Below the pieces are notes generated by a model. It was not told the DNA's origin and did no database searches. It worked only from the letters and a program-made list of their open reading frames with translations. Positions 62,209-64,000 of a DNA stretch of 64,000 nucleotides are shown here, piece after piece; the stretch's first letter is position 1; every line of letters begins with the position of its first letter. This DNA is from Nemertoderma westbladi (taxonomy: Eukaryota; Animalia; Xenacoelomorpha). Location: assembly GCA_032718475.1 (NCBI GenBank), contig JAUCBJ010000417.1:1-64000 (forward strand). The letters run 5' to 3'. Position numbers and translations under genes: made by a program.

Positions 62209-63884
62209 GTAGTGGTCGTTTAAGTTCGATTTAAAACATTTTAGGGAAATTAACAATAATGGCATCCGGTAGGGTCATTCCAGCGACATGCGCGGACTTA
62301 TAAACAAGCAAGTGTCTGGAAAAGGTGGCTGAGCTTGTTAGCGCTATTTATGTGCCCTAATAGGCCGAAACGGAATCGCATAGCGCTGGTTCAACCCCCA
62401 GTGATGTGCTTCCATATTTTTCACACTTCAGAACAAAATGATATTATATCTTTTACAATATAACGCAACATATATTTTCAAATATTTGCAATTGTGTTAG
62501 AAAACTTTCCCATGTAAAAGTATTTGATCTACCCACTACTACTTATATCAGCATGCTGTAATGTAGCTGCATTATATACTGTATTATAGGTATATATATG
62601 TATATTAAGGTATTTGTATTCTAGAACTTGTTTCAAAAAGTTACAAATCATGTACGTACTAGCTAGTTGTTCCAATATTTTATAAATAAGTCCTAGAACA
62701 TATTATTTTATCTGTTTATTCTAGAACGATTCATAAAAAGGTAAAAGTCATATATCTAGTTTTTGCTATTCTAACATGTGTCCCAGTCCCAGGACATTAG
62801 AATAATACAATAGATTATAATTTGTTATAGAAAATAGAGTTGAATTAAGTTGAGGCGAGAATATAGATAGAAAAATAAAAGTAAATATAAAAATACAGGA
62901 ATAGTATCGTAGGAATTATATCGGAGTCGAAACTACTACCAACCGAATGATTATAACGCTAACTCTAATTCGTAATAAAAAAAACCCAAACTTATAGCAT
63001 TAGAATCAATTGGAGATTGGGAATCAGCATACTTGAAAAAAAACATCGTGAAAACCATAGATCGATAGATCATACTTTTCAGAGCTGCTGCTGGACTATA
63101 AATATAATAACTTAACCATTTCACAATAATGCCTATAATAGAATCCATTCCTATTATGAATAACATCAATCCAACATTAATTAATACATTGCCTCAACTC
63201 TTCACTATCATAGTATTAGTATGTATAACCTTCAAGAAGAAACTAAACCAACTGTCCACGCATCTATGACGAATCCATTAATATCAACCCACCTCTATGC
63301 TATAGGGTGTACTGTATTCCCTGCGGTCGCCATAGCAGCAATGTCTGGCCAGTGGTTGGGTAAGCTCCAAGTAAGAGAAGCTGCAGGCACTACGACAGGA
63401 ATAGCATTGGGTTGGTTATCAGTAGTGTGAATGGTAATGCAGGTAGGCAGTACACGTCCATAGTGCGGATACTTCATCCCTTACAACATATCATTTTAAG
63501 GGAGTTTCATGATGGTTTTTAATCTTTCTAGCCCCCAAGCTACTAGTGTTGTTGAGTTTTCAATTAATCTCACACTTCGATTTTAAATATTTTTCATGTA
63601 CTTATTTTACTAATTCATTAAAAATAGTGATATTTTTATGATATCGTAGCTTATTTTTAAACTCTGTTTTTATTATATAACCGTAAGGCGTAAGCGTAAA
63701 GTAATTACCTATTCACATCGTGTATTGTTTAGTGTAGCATATACACATACATCACATACGTGATACAGTAAAGCAATTTGTTAGTGATTTAATCGGTTTC
63801 TCGAAATTCAATAAACCTAACTGTCAAACTAAAGGCTGGTCTAACCAGTTTTTCGGCTTCTAATAAGCATGTCAAAATCGGAGG

Positions 63885-63923
<39 letters not shown>

Positions 63924-64000
63924 GAACGCATCTTGGCGAATTAATCTTCCGCCTCAATGTTAAATTCTCAATTTAGGGAAAGGAGCAGGTTACAGTCGCA

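Noticed and set aside
62324-62405. tRNA-like A/B boxes (TGGCTGAGCTTG...GGTTCAACCC)
   Set aside because: No cloverleaf with a paired acceptor stem. At most a decayed SINE head.
62951-63477. Hydrophobic minus-strand ORF fragments (MLFIIGMDSIIGII...)
   Set aside because: Interrupted by stops, no clear splice sites, no family confidently recognised. Possibly a decayed membrane-protein gene.

Overview
Eukaryotic (probably invertebrate animal; inference) AT-rich, transposon-dense window. Host genes: the terminal exon of PSMD13/Rpn9 (preceded by a 5.3-kb 45-bp satellite), an intronless IGHMBP2/SMUBP-2-like SF1B helicase, a two-exon RPAP1 and an orphan Cys-rich membrane/GPI-type protein. Mobile DNA: two related non-autonomous BEL/Pao LTR retrotransposons (12349-24587 and 38739-59063), two RTE-like LINE families, an intact pogo/Fot1-like DD35D transposon and several nested MITE/Helentron-like elements. 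Most notable: neither BEL/Pao element has a tRNA primer-binding site. In each, the 11 nt abutting the 5' LTR are perfectly complementary to an 11-mer inside its own LTR, with 3 compensatory changes between the elements. This is the geometry of Tf1-type self-priming, which I know only from Ty3/Gypsy chromoviruses. The same family has a long covarying structured R/U5 RNA, a duplicated structured spacer RNA, and an extra ~1,400-aa ORF with a degenerate DEDDy 3'-5' exonuclease-like domain plus zinc knuckles. A conserved pseudoknot also sits at the 5' end of both LINE families. All calls are by-eye; no database searches were run.
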